Below are positions 28,146 through 32,000 of a DNA stretch of 32,000 bases, in pieces (position 1 is the first letter of the stretch; every line of letters begins with the position of its first letter). Position numbers and translations under genes: made by a program. The notes under the pieces were generated by a model that did not search any database, was not told the DNA's origin, and saw nothing but the letters and a program-made list of their open reading frames with translations. Source of the DNA: Deinococcus radiodurans R1 = ATCC 13939 = DSM 20539 (GTDB lineage: Bacteria; Deinococcota; Deinococci; Deinococcales; Deinococcaceae); assembly GCF_000008565.1 (NCBI RefSeq), contig NC_001263.1:1124929-1156928 (forward strand), read 5' to 3'.

Positions 28146-28889
28146 TCAGGTGACCGGCGGATAGGCAATCGGATTTTGTGCGTTCCTGGCGAAAGAGGCC
28201 GTCACCGAGTGATAGAGATAGCGGTTCCTCACCTCTTCCGGGGCAACGTGTCCGACAAATTCCCAGCGCTGCGGGTCGTTGACCGCTTCGGCGAGTCGGG
28301 TCTGATAGGGAGTTTGGCCCGCCGGGTGCCAGGACTCGATGGTGTACACCTCACGCACGACTCCTTCAAAGACGGCCAGCGCGTATTTGACTTCCTGCTG
28401 GCGCCACTTCGCCACCTTCCAGACGCCCCGCGTCGCCTCGTACAGCTCCTGCGCGGGCATCCCGTGCCAGTAGAGCCGATTGCTGCGGATAAGCATCACT
28501 GGGTCGGTGATCACGGCGGGCGGCGCGGCGTAGTAAGTGACGAGTTCTTCAAGCGACCTGCGTCCAGAGCGCACACTTTGCCAGCCCCTCACCAGATTGG
28601 ACAGCGAATCCAGTCCCAGCAGATCAATGGCCGCCGCCTCGATTCGGTAGGCCGTGGCTTCGTCGGGCAGTCCGTGGGCCAGGATGTCGAGCCTCGGTGA
28701 CAATTGCGCCTGTCGGAGTTCAGCCAGAATCTGCGCCTTGCGTGACTCGCCCTCCGCCGATAAATGCGAAAGAACACGCTGGCCCTGGCCTTTGCCGACA
28801 TAGAAGACCTGTTCCGTCCTGGGGTCTACGTACAGATAAACGTAATACCCCAGGTGCTGAGCGACTTCCGGCGGGATGCTGGGGGTCAC
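28146..28889 (-). CDS. GIY-YIG nuclease-domain protein with an uncharacterised C-terminal domain
   Basis: The N-terminal HLGYYVYLYVDPRTEQVFYVGKGQGQRVLSH matches the GIY-(10-11 aa)-YIG/YVG motif plus the downstream Arg. A helical R...E region follows (YRIEAAAIDLL). The ~140-aa C-terminal domain is unrecognised. It starts 7 nt after the lepA stop. Confidence 0.7.
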   Translation of the reverse strand: MTPSIPPEVAQHLGYYVYLYVDPRTEQVFYVGKGQGQRVLSHLSAEGESRKAQILAELRQAQLSPRLDILAHGLPDEATAYRIEAAAIDLLGLDSLSNLVRGWQSVRSGRRSLEELVTYYAAPPAVITDPVMLIRSNRLYWHGMPAQELYEATRGVWKVAKWRQQEVKYALAVFEGVVREVYTIESWHPAGQTPYQTRLAEAVNDPQRWEFVGHVAPEEVRNRYLYHSVTASFARNAQNPIAYPPVT

Positions 28890-28896
28890 GGCCCGC

Positions 28897-30717
<1,821 letters not shown>

Positions 30718-30858
30718 GCTCCGCAGTGTAGAGCAGTTGTCTGAGCAGCGGTGTGGACGCAGTCATCGCTCTCTACCCGGCGCCCGCGCCCTGACGAAAC
30801 CTTAAGACGGTGGGCCGGGCCTCAGAAATGAATGTGTGGTCTGGCCCATTCTCCGGAT

Positions 30859-31413
30859 ATGAGCGACAACAAGAACGCCGGACAAAGCAGTGACAGCCAG
30901 GGCAACGGTGCGCCGCAGATGAGCCGTGACGAAGCCGTGAAGACGGTCGCTGGGCTGGTCAAGGGCATCAAATTCGCCATGCTGGTGTCGGTCAACGACG
31001 CGGGCCACATCCACTCGCGCCCCATGACCACCCAGGAAACCGAGTTCGACGGCGATATCTGGTTTATCGGCGCCAAGGACAGCGAGGTCGTTCACGATGT
31101 CCGCAGCCGCCCCCAGGTCAACGTGAGCTACGCCGACACCGGCAGCAACAACTACGTGAGCGTGCACGGCACCGCCGAACTGATCGAAGATCGCGCCAAA
31201 CTCGACGAACTGTGGAGCGACATGTACAACATGTACTTCGAGGGCGGCAAGGAAGACCCGAATGTCCAGCTCATCAAGATCAACGCCGAGGGCGCCGAAT
31301 ACTGGGAGAGCGGCGGCAAGGTGCGGACCCTCTTCGCCTTCGCCAAGAACCTGATTCCTGGCCAGCGCGCCGACGCGAGCGAGCTGGGCAAGAACGACAC
31401 GGTTAATCTCTAA
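30859..31413 (+). CDS. Pyridoxamine 5'-phosphate oxidase-like FMN-binding protein (general stress protein 26 family)
   Basis: The pattern IKFAMLVSVNDAGHIHSRPM...GDIWFIG...VNVSYAD..SNNYVSVHGTAELIEDRAKLDELWS...YFEGGKEDPNVQLIKINAEGAEYWES is typical of the YdaG/GSP26 family. An alternative ATG lies at 30832. Confidence 0.8.
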   Translation: MSDNKNAGQSSDSQGNGAPQMSRDEAVKTVAGLVKGIKFAMLVSVNDAGHIHSRPMTTQETEFDGDIWFIGAKDSEVVHDVRSRPQVNVSYADTGSNNYVSVHGTAELIEDRAKLDELWSDMYNMYFEGGKEDPNVQLIKINAEGAEYWESGGKVRTLFAFAKNLIPGQRADASELGKNDTVNL

Positions 31414-31436
31414 CCTGACCGCAACGAAAAAGTAAG

Positions 31437-31471
31437 AAGGAGCTGAAGCACGGGCCTCAGCTCCTTTTTTT
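31437..31471. terminator. Bidirectional rho-independent terminator between the GSP26-like gene and pheA
   Basis: There is a perfect 10-bp stem AAGGAGCTGA / TCAGCTCCTT with a 10-nt loop, followed by TTTTT on the plus strand. An A-rich run precedes it, which would serve the minus strand. Confidence 0.8.
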
Positions 31472-31483
31472 GACCTGCCGCCT

Positions 31484-32000
31484 TTACTGGACCGTCCCCT
31501 GCGCCGCCGGATAACTGCCGATGATTTTGGCGTAGCTCGCCTTGACCAGAATCCCAGCGAGGGCCTGCGCCACCTGCGGATCGCTCGCTTTGCCCTCGAT
31601 GTCCACGTACATCAGGTAGCTCCAGGCACGGTCGCGGCGGGGGCGGCTCTCGATGCGCGAGAGGTTCAGGCCGCGCAGTTCGCCCAGGGTTTCCAGCAGA
31701 AAACCGGGGGTGTGGCGCACCGCGAAAATCAGGCTGGTCTTGTGCGGCGCGTCGCTCGGCTCCGGGGCGTGGCGCGAGAGCACCATGAAGCGGGTGAAGT
31801 TGAACGGCTCGTCCTCCACCCCGGTTTGCAGGATGTTCAGGCCATACAGCTCGGCGGCGCGGCGGCTGGCGATGGCGGCTTCGTCGCGGGCACCACGCTC
31901 GGCGAGGTCTTTGGCGCTGCCTGCCGTGTCGTGTTTGGCGAGTGGTTGCCAGCCGTGCTCGCGGATGAGGTGGGTGCACTGGTCGAGGGCCGGTTGCTGG
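31484..32000 (-). CDS. pheA: Prephenate dehydratase, C-terminal part including the ACT domain (the gene continues past the window end)
   Basis: Hand translation upstream of the track ORF stays open to the window edge: ...[34 protein letters not shown].... The ACT region reads [31 protein letters not shown], which contains the ESRP motif. Confidence 0.88.
   Translation of the reverse strand, partial: QQPALDQCTHLIREHGWQPLAKHDTAGSAKDLAERGARDEAAIASRRAAELYGLNILQTGVEDEPFNFTRFMVLSRHAPEPSDAPHKTSLIFAVRHTPGFLLETLGELRGLNLSRIESRPRRDRAWSYLMYVDIEGKASDPQVAQALAGILVKASYAKIIGSYPAAQGTVQ

Overview
This is a high-GC bacterial chromosomal window. Gene content and signals look Deinococcus-like: an SLH/beta-barrel envelope protein, a coproporphyrin-type heme cluster, and an RDRM-like operator. 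That attribution is inference, since no search was possible. Most of the window is housekeeping. In order: clpC (partial), a PIN/TRAM membrane protein, a metallophosphoesterase, tRNA-Pro(CGG), a butyrate-kinase-like gene, tyrA, murA, an SLH-coiled-coil-collagen-like-porin envelope protein, recJ, telA, the co-directional block hemE-ilvD-hemH-hemY, a GNAT acetyltransferase, a GH13 amylase-family enzyme, lepA, a PNPOx-like general stress protein and pheA (partial). The most interesting locus is at about 25.9-28.9 kb. A 17-bp palindrome matching the Deinococcus radiation/desiccation response motif (the DdrO operator) overlaps the promoter of a translationally coupled pair of paralogous, function-unknown long coiled-coil proteins. 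A GIY-YIG nuclease-domain gene lies immediately upstream of that pair and 7 nt downstream of lepA. Four genes carry apparent single-base omissions in G/C runs: recJ at both ends, the first coiled-coil gene, and a secreted protein. Restoring one base at each site gives sensible full-length ORFs, so these are more likely sequence errors than pseudogenes. Other oddities are a long AT-rich intergenic region with palindromic boxes upstream of the SLH gene, an 88-bp nested palindromic element between ilvD and hemH, CTCTGG repeats in the clpC leader, and a degenerate multi-frame membrane-like region upstream of hemE. I saw no CRISPR array, rRNA, transposase or integrase. The many long ORFs antisense to real genes are treated as high-GC artefacts.
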